Of a stretch of DNA of 34,991 bases, positions 34,122 through 34,991 are shown in pieces. A program made the translations under genes and the position numbers. Origin of the DNA: Octopus sinensis (taxonomy: Eukaryota); the NCBI RefSeq assembly GCF_006345805.1, contig NW_021836250.1, positions 1 to 34,991 on the forward strand, given 5' to 3'. Positions within the stretch are counted from its first letter, which is position 1. Every line of letters starts with the position of its first letter. The notes under the pieces are model-generated. The model saw only the letters and a program-made list of their open reading frames with translations, did not search any database and was not told the DNA's origin.

Positions 34122-34412
34122 AAACTCTACTTGTGAAGACGCGTTGAGGCAAGTGAGGATCAGAATCGAAATCGATCAATGGAAATTGCGAATGTGTTAC
34201 CAGTGCCGGTGGCATGTCGAAACTCTACTTGTGAAGACCCGTTGAGGCAAGTGAGGATCAGAATCGAAATCGATCAATGGAAATTGCGGATGTGTTACCA
34301 GTGCCGGTGGCATGTCGAAACTCTACTTGTGAAGACCCGTTGAGGCAAGTGAGGATCAGAATCGAAATCGATCAATGGAAATTGCAGATGTGTTACCAGT
34401 GCGGTGGCATGT
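34122..34412 (+). repeat. Three tandem 98-bp units in the RTE 3' UTR
   Basis: AAACTCTACTTGTGAAGAC recurs at 34122, 34220 and 34318. Confidence 0.95.
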
Positions 34413-34749
34413 AAGAGAACTTCCGTTTCGCGACCGTTGCCAGCACCGCCCCGTTTCGTGTCCATTGCCAGCCTCGCCTGGCCCTCGTGCCGGTGGCACA
34501 TAAAAAGCACCATCCGTTCGTGGCCGTTGCCAGCTCTGTCTGGCACCAGTGCGGGTGGCACGTAAAAAGCACCCACTACACTCACAGAGTGGTTGGCGTT
34601 AGGAAGGGCATCCAGCCGTAGAAACACTGCCAGATTTGACTGGGCCTGATGAAGCCTTCTGGCTTCACAGACCCCAGTAGAACCGTCCAACCCATGCTAG
34701 CATGGAAAACGGACGCTAAACGATGATGATGATGATGATGATGATGATA

Positions 34750-34942
34750 GGGGGAAGGTTTGCGAAAATAAACAAAAGACGAAGGCAGGTGGAGTACAAA
34801 CAAATAATGTATTAGTATGGCGCTCAGGAATAGAAATAAAACAAGTCTTTTACGTTTCGAGCCTACGCTCTTCGACAGAAAGATACACAGAAAAGAAACA
34901 AGGAGAGTAAAAAATTGCGTGTAGGGGCTAACGATCCAACAT
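34750..34942 (-). mobile_element. Family H2 short element, copy 2
   Basis: Reverse complement of 22919-23113. An inverted copy begins at about 34961. Confidence 0.7.
34846..34883 (-). ncRNA. Minimal type I hammerhead-like motif with CUGUCGA core
   Basis: Minus strand TCTTT-CTGTCGA-A-GAGC-GTAG-GCTC-GAA-ACGT-A-AAAGA: 5-bp stem I, 4-bp stem II, GUA triplet. Confidence 0.6.
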
Positions 34943-34991
34943 AAAAATATATATAGACGCCATGATAGATCGTTAGCCACTACAGACATTT

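Larger units (their letters stand above)
30943..34749 (+). mobile_element. Near-full-length RTE-clade LINE with (GAT)n tail
   Basis: One long frameshifted ORF followed by a ~700-bp 3' UTR whose end matches multiple short copies in the window. Confidence 0.95.

Overview
Eukaryotic, repeat-saturated, apparently intergenic or intronic window. The SINE and LINE families look like those of Octopus (inference from repeat content, not verified). I found no confident host protein-coding exon; most listed ORFs are microsatellite translations or retrotransposon fragments. Autonomous-type retroelement remnants: a near-full-length RTE LINE (30943-34749, +) with APE endonuclease, RT and a C4HC3 PHD-like finger inserted inside the RT; a 5'-truncated L1/Tx1-clade LINE (18494-21422, +) plus two 3'-end fragments, all embedded in (ATCT)n; a second Tx1 fragment (-); and a CR1-clade LINE (-) nested in a Tc1/mariner deletion derivative. 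Also present: Helitron-like termini (one with a 172-bp internal tandem array), several tRNA-derived SINE families (nested and tandem), palindromic MITEs, a fold-back RTE tail and a stand-alone tRNA-like fold with an extended anticodon arm. Short (TA)n-associated elements carry minimal type I hammerhead-ribozyme-like motifs of the Penelope-like (PLE) type, including a family with a CUGUCGA core variant. The most interesting leads are the hammerhead-like elements, the (ATCT)n-associated Tx1 family and the PHD-in-RT RTE. All coordinates were read by eye and may be off by a few bases.
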